A program made the position numbers and the translations under genes. Below the pieces are notes generated by a model that saw only the letters and a list, made by a program, of their open reading frames with translations, made no database searches and was not told the DNA's origin. From positions 1 to 64,000 of the forward strand of contig JAEOTZ010000004.1 in the NCBI GenBank assembly GCA_016839585.1: DNA of 64,000 nucleotides, read 5' to 3'. Below are positions 50,316 to 60,028 of the stretch, in pieces. This stretch comes from Promethearchaeota archaeon (GTDB taxonomy: Archaea > Asgardarchaeota > Lokiarchaeia > Sigyniarchaeales > SOKP01). Each line of letters opens with the position of its first letter. Positions within the stretch are counted from its first letter, which is position 1.

Positions 50316-52196
50316 TTATTCACCAATTAATTCTTTAAATTCTTTTGAGTCTTTAATATTATCAAATCTATCATCTGACAATACCCTCTCAATATAGTTT
50401 TTATCAAGCTCTACTACTTTCATCAATAGTTCCAAAGCTTTTCCTTGATTATTTCTTAGTGATTCAAGACAAGCGATATTATACAGTATATCAAGATTTG
50501 TAGGATCTTTCTTAAATGCTTTATTAAGATATTGTTCAGCTTTTTCGAGATTTTTTAAAATCATAAAAATATTACCAAGATTGTTCTGAACATCAGCGAC
50601 GTTGTATAAATAGGTTTTAGGATCTTCTTTTGCAAAGATTTTAAAGATTTTTAATGCATCAAGGTACATTGTCTGCGCTTCCTCAAATTTCTGTAACTTA
50701 ACGTAGACATTTCCAAGGCAATTGTTTATAATCGCAACATTATAAAAATAAACTTCCGGATTTTGTGCTGCTAATTGTTGAGAGATTTTTAACGCGTCAG
50801 AGTACATTGGCTCTGCATCTTCAAACTTATCTAAACTAGCATACAAATCTCCAAGGTCAATTAGAGTAAGGGCTAGACTGGGTAAAACTTGACTGGGATT
50901 TATTTTTGCTAATTTTCTTTTAATTTTTAAAGCTTCAAGGTGCATTTGTTCCGCCTTTTTAAAGTTCGATAATTCGCTATATATAATTCCAAGATTACTC
51001 TGAGTTGTAGCAACGTCATTTAAATACATATCATAACTCATTTTAGCTAAAGCTTTATAAGTATCTAAGGAATCAATGACTCCATCTTTAATATCCTCAA
51101 ATAAACTTAAATCAACTAATATATTTCCAAAGTAATTTGAAATAGCGGTTTCATTAGGAAAATAGGTATCATAATATTGATTTACTAACTTGTTATAAGT
51201 TTTTAGGACGTCTAGGTATGACTTATCAGGATCTTTTGTTTCATCTTCATCAGTATACATATCTACAAGATCACTTTGAGTTAAGTCAAGATCGGGATTA
51301 TAAACATCATAATATTGTTTCTCTAACTCTTTATAAACCTTTAAAGCATCAAGATATATTTTTTCTGCTTTTTCAAACCGTTTTAAATCTGTATACAAGG
51401 TTCCAAGGTTTTTCTGTGTTGCTGCAATATATGGTAAATATATTCTATAATATTGTTTCGCCAATTTTTTATAAATGTTTAAAGCCTCAAGGTACATTTT
51501 CTCTGCATTCTCAGCCAATCCTACAGCAGAAAACATGTCTCCAAGTACTATTAGAATTGGTGCTTTATATTTATCTCCAAGTATAATTAATTCTTCTGCA
51601 ACACTAATTAATCTTCTATATTTATAATCAAATTGGTCTATTAAATTCACGATTGCGAAAAATTCATTAACCAAATCCTCAGTGGGATTTACTTTTACCT
51701 TATGAAAGAGAAGTTCAATATCGTCATTAAGATTTTCTCCATATTTTTTTCTCTTACTCTCATAATAACTTATAGCTTTTTCATGACAATTTTTATCTGT
51801 TAGGATTTCTAAAGCTTCTGGAATTTGTTGATAAGAGAAATCATAAGTCTCTTCTTTACCTTTTTTCTTTTTTATTATTCCTGTATCCAATAATACATTA
51901 AAGGCTTTCTTGATGTTTGGCAATTTATAGCTGGTTTCAATGTCTTTTCTATCAATATTGGTATCTACTTCTGTATTTATTACACTCAAATTTTTGAGCA
52001 ATTCTAATGCTTCTGGATTTGATAAAAGAATCTGTTCAATAACTTGCAAATAAAAATTCTCTACATTTTTCTTATCAAAAGTTTTCAATTCGTCAAGGTT
52101 AATTCTCTGATAATTATTTTTAATTAACTTTTTCAAGCCAGAATGCTCCTTAGGGAGCTTCTTAATTAATTCCCTTACCTTATTTGGCAAACTCAA
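50316..52196 (-). CDS. TPR-repeat protein (long kinesin-light-chain-like repeats)
   Basis: Repeats of A.tqnNLG.lY..L..FekAE.mYldALki; terminal YNIACLES TPR. Confidence 0.85.
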   Translation of the reverse strand: MSLPNKVRELIKKLPKEHSGLKKLIKNNYQRINLDELKTFDKKNVENFYLQVIEQILLSNPEALELLKNLSVINTEVDTNIDRKDIETSYKLPNIKKAFNVLLDTGIIKKKKGKEETYDFSYQQIPEALEILTDKNCHEKAISYYESKRKKYGENLNDDIELLFHKVKVNPTEDLVNEFFAIVNLIDQFDYKYRRLISVAEELIILGDKYKAPILIVLGDMFSAVGLAENAEKMYLEALNIYKKLAKQYYRIYLPYIAATQKNLGTLYTDLKRFEKAEKIYLDALKVYKELEKQYYDVYNPDLDLTQSDLVDMYTDEDETKDPDKSYLDVLKTYNKLVNQYYDTYFPNETAISNYFGNILVDLSLFEDIKDGVIDSLDTYKALAKMSYDMYLNDVATTQSNLGIIYSELSNFKKAEQMHLEALKIKRKLAKINPSQVLPSLALTLIDLGDLYASLDKFEDAEPMYSDALKISQQLAAQNPEVYFYNVAIINNCLGNVYVKLQKFEEAQTMYLDALKIFKIFAKEDPKTYLYNVADVQNNLGNIFMILKNLEKAEQYLNKAFKKDPTNLDILYNIACLESLRNNQGKALELLMKVVELDKNYIERVLSDDRFDNIKDSKEFKELIGE

Positions 52197-52253
52197 CTTA
52201 AATCACATCTTCTTCTAATTATTAATGTTGAATTTCACACATTAATATTTATA

Positions 52254-52284
52254 TTTACTTGATCAAGTAAAATTATTGATCAAG
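52254..52284. promoter_or_regulatory. 18-bp perfect palindrome plus second TTGATCAA core
   Basis: TTTACTTGATCAAGTAAA (52254-52271), TTGATCAAG again at 52276. Confidence 0.5.
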
Positions 52285-52403
52285 AAAAATATATTTTCAT
52301 TGTTCATATTATAAAGATACACATGAGTACTAAATAGTAAATTAATTTATAGTTTTGAAATTTATTGTATTATATCACAGTATTTTAGGCACTAAAATAT
52401 TTT

Positions 52404-52488
52404 GCGGGAATTGCTAAGTTTGGTCAAAGGCGCTGGACTCAGAATCCAGTCTCGAAGGAGTTCGGGAGTTCGAATCTCCCTTCCCGCA
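52404..52488 (+). tRNA. tRNA-Leu (anticodon CAG), intronless, CCA not encoded
   Basis: Acceptor GCGGGAA/TTCCCGC + A discriminator; anticodon arm CTGGA-CT-CAG-AA-TCCAG; long variable arm; GGGAG-TTCGAAT-CTCCC T arm. Confidence 0.96.
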
Positions 52489-52624
52489 TCACTTGTTATT
52501 TTTAACCAAAAATCTACTTAAAAATTGCGTAATAATAAAGAAATTTATTTTAATAATCTAAATAATATTAAGTTATTATAACTAAATAGTAATGTAATAT
52601 ATTAATCAATCATCTAATACTATT

Positions 52625-53365
52625 ATGTCGGATAAACAACCACCATCAGAAGAAAATGAAGAAGAAAAAGAAAAAAAGGAACCAAAAGATGAATTCCCAG
52701 AGGAAATAAGAAAGCTAATGGTAATTTTTCAATTTAATGACCAATTAGGGGAATTTGAAGAACTCGAAGTTGAGCAAGATATTGAATTAGTTGAATTGTT
52801 AGATCCTGATTTTGTATTGCTATTTGTTGATCCAAAGCATTTCCGTGTATGGATTTGGCATGGGAGTAATACTACAACGAGAATGAAGTTTATTGCGGCT
52901 AAAATAGCTCCTAAAATTAGAGATAGATATGGTATTGGATTTAAGATAACTGCTGTAGATGAGGGTAATGAAACTCTAGGCTTCAAAGTAATAATGGGAT
53001 TAGAAAAAGAAATTGATTATGCAGAAGCGCAAACAGGACCTGCCTACGAAGGAACTGAGGAAGATCTTGAACTACTTGAATCTTTATCACGAGAAAAAAT
53101 TTTGTTATTGTTAGAAAAAGCAGGTGTACCTGAAGGATATGAAAGAAAAATGGTAATAGTTAAAAATAAAGTATTTGGATACAGGGAATATGATAGGAAT
53201 TATCTAGGATCTGTTATTAAAGAAAAGCAGCTTTTTCCATTAAGAGAAGAAATCGCTGATGGTCCATATTTGGCAGATATTTATATCCCAAGAATGCTAT
53301 TCTCTTACAATAACGTTGTTTTAACAGAACTTTTACAAAAAGTAGATGATGACCAGAATAGCTAA
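52625..53365 (+). CDS. single gelsolin-domain protein with C-terminal extension (Asgard gelsolin)
   Basis: LLDPDFVLLFVD...VWIWHGS...KFIAAKIA..IRD...VDEGNET..F matches the gelsolin repeat pattern. Confidence 0.8.
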   Translation: MSDKQPPSEENEEEKEKKEPKDEFPEEIRKLMVIFQFNDQLGEFEELEVEQDIELVELLDPDFVLLFVDPKHFRVWIWHGSNTTTRMKFIAAKIAPKIRDRYGIGFKITAVDEGNETLGFKVIMGLEKEIDYAEAQTGPAYEGTEEDLELLESLSREKILLLLEKAGVPEGYERKMVIVKNKVFGYREYDRNYLGSVIKEKQLFPLREEIADGPYLADIYIPRMLFSYNNVVLTELLQKVDDDQNS

Positions 53366-53543
53366 ATCATTAATCTTTTCAACCATAACTTTTTCTTAAA
53401 ATAAGATTATAACAGAAATTATAAAATTCTAAGGCTTTTATCTAAATTAGTGCAAATAATTAATACTACATATCTAAATATATACTCTATATAGAAATAA
53501 TTATGAGGATTACATAAAAAACTGGAAATTATTGTCCACTTTT

Positions 53544-53756
53544 TTATTCTCTTGAGTATTTCTCGATTATATAGTTCTGCAAGGACCAAGCATATTTTTC
53601 AAGGTTGAGAATTAAAATTTTTTGCTGGACTTCACGCAAGTAAGAAACGTCTAATTTTTTAAATTGGGATTTTAATTCATCTATAGTCTCAAAGATTTTT
53701 ACAATAATCTGCCAATCATTACGCCATTCTATATCTTGATATCCTAATTGTTCCAT
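53544..53756 (-). CDS. small hypothetical protein (70 aa)
   Basis: ATG ORF, amphipathic helical, alone in the intergenic space. Confidence 0.6.
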   Translation of the reverse strand: MEQLGYQDIEWRNDWQIIVKIFETIDELKSQFKKLDVSYLREVQQKILILNLEKYAWSLQNYIIEKYSRE

Positions 53757-53914
53757 CTTTATACACTTATAAATTTAATTTAACATAATATAATGTGTTT
53801 TCTGAGGTATTTCATAGAAACTTATATTTATAAACTTTTAGATACAAACGAATTAATGATTAGTAAAAAAAGAGGATTTGAAATTTTAAAATTATTATAA
53901 ATTTGTAATTGATA

Positions 53915-54523
53915 TTACTTTGTCGATATTACAACAGTTTCAGATGCATTTTGCATAATCCTTAATCTTTTTTCAGGTTCACCTGAATTCTTAATGATTC
54001 CAATAATGAAATCTATTATTAGAAAACCACCACCTTTTAAAAGATTATTAATAGCATAATTTCCTGGTGTTGTTGGTTCAAGTGTTTTCTCATCCACCGT
54101 TCTTAGGCTTAATGCTACTTTTCCTAAGGTCTGACCATCGTTGTAAGTCTCTAGGAGCCAGAAGTACAAAAACCCAATTAACCAGTTGAAAGGAAATGTA
54201 AACCACCATCTTCTAAATACAAAAGGATTATAAAAAAAGAATGGTAGGAAAATTAAAAATGATATCACCCAGCTTATTATACTAATGGCTATCCAATCAA
54301 TAATAATAGCTCCAAATCGAGGCCAAAAATCTCCGTATATTACACCTGAAGGTGCAATTTTTTCAACGGTTTGAATAGATTGTTTTTGAGGAACTTCAGT
54401 TTTAACAGCAGGAGTAACTTCTGAAACTTCTATTCTAGAAGTTAAATCCGCTCCACAGGTATCACAAAATTGAGAATCCGGTTCTAATTTGTTACCGCAT
54501 TTTGGACAAAATTTTAGCGACAC
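53915..54523 (-). CDS. zinc-ribbon + RDD-family membrane protein
   Basis: FCPKCG...FCDTCG; PRFGAIIID, GQTLGK. Confidence 0.85.
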   Translation of the reverse strand: MSLKFCPKCGNKLEPDSQFCDTCGADLTSRIEVSEVTPAVKTEVPQKQSIQTVEKIAPSGVIYGDFWPRFGAIIIDWIAISIISWVISFLIFLPFFFYNPFVFRRWWFTFPFNWLIGFLYFWLLETYNDGQTLGKVALSLRTVDEKTLEPTTPGNYAINNLLKGGGFLIIDFIIGIIKNSGEPEKRLRIMQNASETVVISTK

Positions 54524-54706
54524 TTTTTATTCACCATTTTTTATCAAAAAAATTACTATATAATACTTGTTAATTTTTAATATGCAGTTTATATAAGTCT
54601 TTTGGAGTCTATTTTTAATATATTTCTCTTATAAAAAAAAAGTTTTATTATATTAAATTTGAGAGAGAATGAAAGAAAATCAAAATTAGAGAGAACAATT
54701 TAAATT

Positions 54707-55813
54707 TTAAAAATAAATCTGGTAATATTTTTCAATAAGATTAATAGTTTCGTTAAAGTCTGATATATTGATTAATTTGTTTAAATCTTGGATTTCAGTT
54801 AATTCTTCTTGATATTTAATTCTAAAATCTTTTGTAAATTCATTTATTATGTTTTCTAATATTTCATTTTTGCGATTTGTAGCAACAACAACAGCAAATC
54901 CTAAATCATCATAATTAACCATTAAATCTGTAGTTATAGTTTGGAGTACATCGATCTGGTTAGATTTTTCTGTAAATTCGGAGAGTATATGATTTAATCC
55001 AATAAGAATATTTCCCCATATTTTTGAATCAGTTTCACCCTCTGAATTCATAAAATTATAAGAGTATAATAAAACACCTGATTTATGATATATGTTAACA
55101 AAATATATCTTATTTGTAACAACCATAAATGTTCTGGGGGCTTTTATTATAATAAGACAACCAAAATTGAAACTAATCCACGCGAAAATTATGAAAAAGC
55201 TTCTAAAAATAGTTAATTCAAAAAAGATATAAAGGATTGACATTGAGATAGGAAAATATAGTAAAATTGCTGAAATATTTAGAAAAAGGCTTATCCTTTT
55301 GTTTCTTCCTCTATTAAAAATTACAATATTAATATAACCATAATAAATAATCATAATGATTTGAAATACTATGAAATGTAATCCAAATAGAAAACCAAAT
55401 GAATATTGAACTGTATTGATATTATTTTCTATAGTGATTGAATCTGGTGAAAAGATATTTCCGATAAGTAACCCAAAAATAATAATGAAAATCAAATATG
55501 GCGAAATTGGGATCTGCTTGTAATCTTTTATAAAACTATAAAATAAGGAAATTTGCATTAGTACAGCTAAGTAAGACACTATAGAAATTTTCCAAAATAA
55601 TAGGTTAATCAGGTCTGAGATATAAATAATTATGGATAATATAAATGAAGTTGAATATATTACTCCAAAATTTATAATTGTCAATATAATTAATATATCC
55701 AATAGTTTTGTTCCATATTTGTTAATATGTTGGATTAGAGCATAAATAGTAAAAATACTCACAAATAACGAGAAAATATATCCAATTACTAAAAAAAATA
55801 AAAATAAATTCAT
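54707..55813 (-). CDS. 7-TM membrane protein with C-terminal longin-like domain
   Basis: Seven TM helices then IYHKSGVLLYSYNF...GNILIGLNHILSE...FTKDFRIKY. Confidence 0.7.
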   Translation of the reverse strand: MNLFLFFLVIGYIFSLFVSIFTIYALIQHINKYGTKLLDILIILTIINFGVIYSTSFILSIIIYISDLINLLFWKISIVSYLAVLMQISLFYSFIKDYKQIPISPYLIFIIIFGLLIGNIFSPDSITIENNINTVQYSFGFLFGLHFIVFQIIMIIYYGYINIVIFNRGRNKRISLFLNISAILLYFPISMSILYIFFELTIFRSFFIIFAWISFNFGCLIIIKAPRTFMVVTNKIYFVNIYHKSGVLLYSYNFMNSEGETDSKIWGNILIGLNHILSEFTEKSNQIDVLQTITTDLMVNYDDLGFAVVVATNRKNEILENIINEFTKDFRIKYQEELTEIQDLNKLINISDFNETINLIEKYYQIYF

Positions 55814-55951
55814 AATTGTGGAAAATCGCCTGTTATTATACTTAATTTATTATTCAATGTGAGATTTCAGTTAAGAAATGAATACAATCCAAATTTCTCT
55901 TTAAATGAAGAAACAATCCTCATATATAAGATTTTTTCTTTAAGATTACAA

Positions 55952-57061
55952 TTAGTTCTTAATTATATAAGGGGCGAATATCTCATTTATAATAAGTTTT
56001 GTATCCCTAAACTCAGAAATATCTATTAATTGCCTTAAATCTTTTATTTTTATTAATGCCTCCTTAAAGATTTCATTGAATTTTAACATAAATTGCTGTA
56101 CTGATTTTTCAATTACGTAATTTTTATGTTTTGCCACCAATAGAAGCGCATAACCAAATTCATTGTCATATTCGAGAATAATGTCTTTCTCCTTCATTTT
56201 AACCACACTTAGCTTATCTTTCTTATCAATAATGTTATTTAAAATATGACTAATCCCAATTAAAATACTTCCTTTTAGAACAGAGTCTTCTGTCTCTTGA
56301 TCTGCTTCAAAATCAAAAGAATATAAGAGAATTCCTGATTTATGAAAAATAATAAAATCAAAAATCTTATTAGTAATTACTACAAACACATCTGGTTTTT
56401 TAATAATCATAACAAGTAAATAAGAAGAAAAAATAAGATAAACTGATAGAAATAAGATCCTAAGTAAGATATGCTGAATAATTAAATACATAGCATACAG
56501 AATGTTATTAATACAAAATAATATAGAGAGACGATTAAAAAATTGTGCTAGTTTATTATCGCTTATATTAGGAAAACCCCTTATTTCAATATAGACAGTT
56601 AATACACTTACTAAAATAATGAATGTAATAAAAAACACAAAAAAAGGAAGATTATGAAATATATAATTGGAATAAAATTTAGATTCTTTAATTTCAAAGA
56701 CTTCTTCCAAATATAATAAACTAATAATTATTCCTCCTAAAAACGAATAGAGAAAACCCATAAAAATTCTGGTTCTTTTTTTCAATAAAATATAACTGTG
56801 AATCGTACTCATCATACTCAATTTAAATATCATTAATATTATAGAGAGATTCCATAAAAAAAGAGCAATATTCTCACTGAAAACAAGTTCAGTCGATAAA
56901 TTGAATGAAATAATATAACTTATATCAATCAAAAAGTATGCAAAAGTCATTATAGAAAAAATGAAATGGTTAAAATATATCCCTCTGTGCAAAATAACAT
57001 AAAGAATTACAGGAATTGAAATCGAAATTGAAATTATAATATATAATATACTTACAATCAT
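55952..57061 (-). CDS. 7-TM membrane protein with C-terminal longin-like domain (paralogue)
   Basis: Seven TM helices then IFHKSGILLYSFDF...GSILIGISHILNN...FMLKFNEIF. Confidence 0.7.
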   Translation of the reverse strand: MIVSILYIIISISISIPVILYVILHRGIYFNHFIFSIMTFAYFLIDISYIISFNLSTELVFSENIALFLWNLSIILMIFKLSMMSTIHSYILLKKRTRIFMGFLYSFLGGIIISLLYLEEVFEIKESKFYSNYIFHNLPFFVFFITFIILVSVLTVYIEIRGFPNISDNKLAQFFNRLSILFCINNILYAMYLIIQHILLRILFLSVYLIFSSYLLVMIIKKPDVFVVITNKIFDFIIFHKSGILLYSFDFEADQETEDSVLKGSILIGISHILNNIIDKKDKLSVVKMKEKDIILEYDNEFGYALLLVAKHKNYVIEKSVQQFMLKFNEIFKEALIKIKDLRQLIDISEFRDTKLIINEIFAPYIIKN

Positions 57062-57189
57062 GGATTATTTATGATCAACTTTTAATGAACTTCCTACCTA
57101 ATGAAGATTCATATTATTTAATAATATTTAAATATTGGTTTGCTTATAAATTCAAATTTTATAAATTTTTATTAAAGATTAATTCGCTT

Positions 57190-57696
57190 TTAGCTTTTTT
57201 TTCTTCTAATGTAGTCCTTTAGCCACCCTATTTTTTTTGTTTTTATTGAATCAAATTGAGGAACATAAGGCTTTATATCTAACACGGGTGTATTATCTAA
57301 AATGTCAATATGCTTCACTTGAATAATACTTTCTTCTATTCTTAATATTTCCAATATTGATAAGCCAATTGGATTAGGTCGAAAAGGTGTTCGAATAGAA
57401 AAGACTCCCTTTATCTCATCTTTTAAAAATGGTTTTGATTGAAGAGGGACAGGTAATTTCACCATATCAAAAAAATATAAGCAATAAATATGAGAAAATC
57501 CTTCTAAATCTTTTAAGGCAGGTTTAAATTTTGGAAATATTTCGATGTCTCCTTTAACATCTGACATCAAGGATTGGATTGGAATACCTTTAAGAGTTTT
57601 AAAAGGAGAATGAATTATTCCTATTGGCTTAAAACAAATTTTTTCTGGAAATTTACGTTCTTTAAAATTATAAATTTCTCTTTTTGTTATTTCCAT
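57190..57696 (-). CDS. tsaA: TrmO/TsaA-family SAM-binding tRNA methyltransferase
   Basis: PIGIIHSPF, LEGFSH, GVFSIRTPFRPNPIGLS, TPVLDIKPY. Confidence 0.9.
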   Translation of the reverse strand: MEITKREIYNFKERKFPEKICFKPIGIIHSPFKTLKGIPIQSLMSDVKGDIEIFPKFKPALKDLEGFSHIYCLYFFDMVKLPVPLQSKPFLKDEIKGVFSIRTPFRPNPIGLSILEILRIEESIIQVKHIDILDNTPVLDIKPYVPQFDSIKTKKIGWLKDYIRRKKS

Positions 57697-57784
57697 GTAT
57701 TTATTAAGGCTCTTTTGTAAAAATTTTTATTTATTAAAAAGCAAATAAAAACAGTGAAATTAATCTTCAACGATTTTCAAATAA

Positions 57785-59698
57785 TTGATGCATAACTTTT
57801 TAGACTACCTAAAGAAGGATAATATAATAGAGACACTTATTTCACAAGGGATTAATAAACAATTCCATAAAGATTTCCTTAAAAAAATAATAGATAATAT
57901 AGAAAAGTCTCAAAATTTAATTCAAAGTTCTTCGGAATCAATTAATTATAAATCTAATTTTCTTAATCTTGATTTATTTGGAAATATTTATGAAAGGATA
58001 TTAAATCATAAAGAAAGGAAGGCTTTGGGTGAATTTTATACTTCTTTCTCAATTGTGGATTGTATTTTAAATAAAATAGGTTATGATTATAAGGATGACA
58101 TTGAGCGTAAGAAACTAATTGATATAAGCTGCGGTTCAGGAAGTTTTCTAATTCAGGCTATTCGAAGATTAATAGATCGTTATAAAATAATTTACAATAA
58201 AAAAGAAATTGCTGAACTTTCTCTGAAAGAATCTAAATCAATAATTCAAGGAGTGAAAGATAATATTTACGGAATAGATATCAATCCTATTGCATGTGTT
58301 TTATGCCAACTCAATATTCAATCCGTTTTATTTGATATTTTTAAAATTATAAGAAAGTATGAAGATAATTTTCAATTTCCTAAATTTAATATAAACAATA
58401 CAAATACTTTAAGTTGCAATGAAAGAGAATCATTCAACTTTGTTGTAGGAAATCCCCCTTATTTATTTATTAGAGACATTCCAATAGAACAGAGAAGATT
58501 AATTGAGTCGAGTGATTTTGATACAAAAGATGGTCAATATGATTATTATCAAATTTTTATAGAGCTTGGCATTAAATTTTTGAAAGATCAGGGATTCCTT
58601 GGGTATATTGTTCCAGATTCACTTCTGGCTTTATCAAATCGATCTTCAATTAGGAAATTTATTTATAATTATACTAAAATTAAAGAGGTTTACCATACTG
58701 GTCCAAAATTTGATGATCTTATTGTCTCAAATATTATTTTAATTCTGCAAAAAGAAAGATTAAAAGAAAAAAGAGAAAGAAATATAATCCAAATTCATTA
58801 TGGATTTCTAAAAAAACATCAAATTACTCAAAAATTAATTGAAAAATGGGATTATAAATTTTTGATAAATTTAAATTCTATGGATAGTGTCATTCTAGAC
58901 CATTTAAATAATAAATTTCCAAAGTTGAGCGATTTAATAAACAGTGAAAATTTTACTATTCTTTTAAGTAGAGGTACTGAATTAGGAAAAGAAGGTAAGG
59001 TAATTTTTTGTACTAAATGTCAAAAATATTTACCATTACCAAAAAAAGAATTGAAATGCAAAGTCTGTAATAGTTATTTAAATGAGGAATTAATAGAAAC
59101 TATAATTTATGAAAATTTTACAAGAGGAAAAGAGAGAAACTTAAAACCTTTCATTTATTCAATAAATCGATACAAAATTAAAGATTTGAAATATATTGAC
59201 ATTGAGAAACAGGGGATAAACTACAAGAACTTAAAAATTTACGAAAACCGAATTATTATTAGGCAATTAAGTGAACATAATCTTATTTCTGCTACTTATG
59301 ATAAAGATTTTTCACTTACTTCCCAATCTTTTTACAATTTGAAAATATTAAATTCAAATACTGCTGAAATTAATCATTTATATGTTTTAGGGATTATTAA
59401 CTCCACACTTCTCTCATATTATTTTATAAAATCTTTTGGTTCCTACAAAAAACTGTTTCCCAGAATATTAATCGAAAAAATTAAAGATTTCCCAATCAAA
59501 ATTCCTAAGACAAATGAAGAAAGACAATTAGCAAGAAAAATAGGAGAAAAAGTCTCTCTTTTGCTTAATGTAACTGAAATGAATAGTAATTTTAATCTTA
59601 ATATTCAAAAAAAAATTGATCTCCTAGTATTTGAGTTATATCAAATTCCAACAGTAAATCAAGAGTATATTTTCGATTTTATGAATAATTTAAATTAA
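57785..59698 (+). CDS. N6-adenine DNA methyltransferase, gamma class (Eco57I/TaqI-like) with target recognition domain
   Basis: GEFYT, DISCGSGSFL, YGIDIN, VGNPPY; TaqI_C-like IIIRQ...LGIINS.L. Confidence 0.88.
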   Translation: MMHNFLDYLKKDNIIETLISQGINKQFHKDFLKKIIDNIEKSQNLIQSSSESINYKSNFLNLDLFGNIYERILNHKERKALGEFYTSFSIVDCILNKIGYDYKDDIERKKLIDISCGSGSFLIQAIRRLIDRYKIIYNKKEIAELSLKESKSIIQGVKDNIYGIDINPIACVLCQLNIQSVLFDIFKIIRKYEDNFQFPKFNINNTNTLSCNERESFNFVVGNPPYLFIRDIPIEQRRLIESSDFDTKDGQYDYYQIFIELGIKFLKDQGFLGYIVPDSLLALSNRSSIRKFIYNYTKIKEVYHTGPKFDDLIVSNIILILQKERLKEKRERNIIQIHYGFLKKHQITQKLIEKWDYKFLINLNSMDSVILDHLNNKFPKLSDLINSENFTILLSRGTELGKEGKVIFCTKCQKYLPLPKKELKCKVCNSYLNEELIETIIYENFTRGKERNLKPFIYSINRYKIKDLKYIDIEKQGINYKNLKIYENRIIIRQLSEHNLISATYDKDFSLTSQSFYNLKILNSNTAEINHLYVLGIINSTLLSYYFIKSFGSYKKLFPRILIEKIKDFPIKIPKTNEERQLARKIGEKVSLLLNVTEMNSNFNLNIQKKIDLLVFELYQIPTVNQEYIFDFMNNLN

Positions 59699-59700
59699 AT

Positions 59701-59877
59701 TTATTTTTCTTGTTTTTTAACATAATAATTTGTTAAAATTTTATCCCATTTGTCTGCTAATTCGTTTAATTTCGTTTTTTTAAATAATTTAACTGCTCGG
59801 TCTAAGATCTTCGCTATGTTCTCTTCATATTCTAAGATATCTTGGTTTTCATCTTTTAAATACACAAATCCTTTCAT
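59701..59877 (-). CDS. small hypothetical protein (~58 aa from ATG, MKGFVYLKD...)
   Basis: Short helical ORF; upstream TTG extension looks like intergenic sequence. Confidence 0.4.
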   Translation of the reverse strand: MKGFVYLKDENQDILEYEENIAKILDRAVKLFKKTKLNELADKWDKILTNYYVKKQEK

Positions 59878-60028
59878 GTATAAATAATGGAAAAAAATCA
59901 AATAAAAAATATTATAGTATGGAGATGTAGTCAAGATGTAGTCTAAAAGATGATTTTAGTAATATCTAAATATAGATATTTTTATATTATCTAACAATAT
60001 TATATTCTTAATTGTATAATCAACAAGT

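Noticed and set aside
50316-52500. Possible integrated element at tRNA-Leu
   Set aside because: No integrase and no duplicated tRNA 3' end seen in the window.
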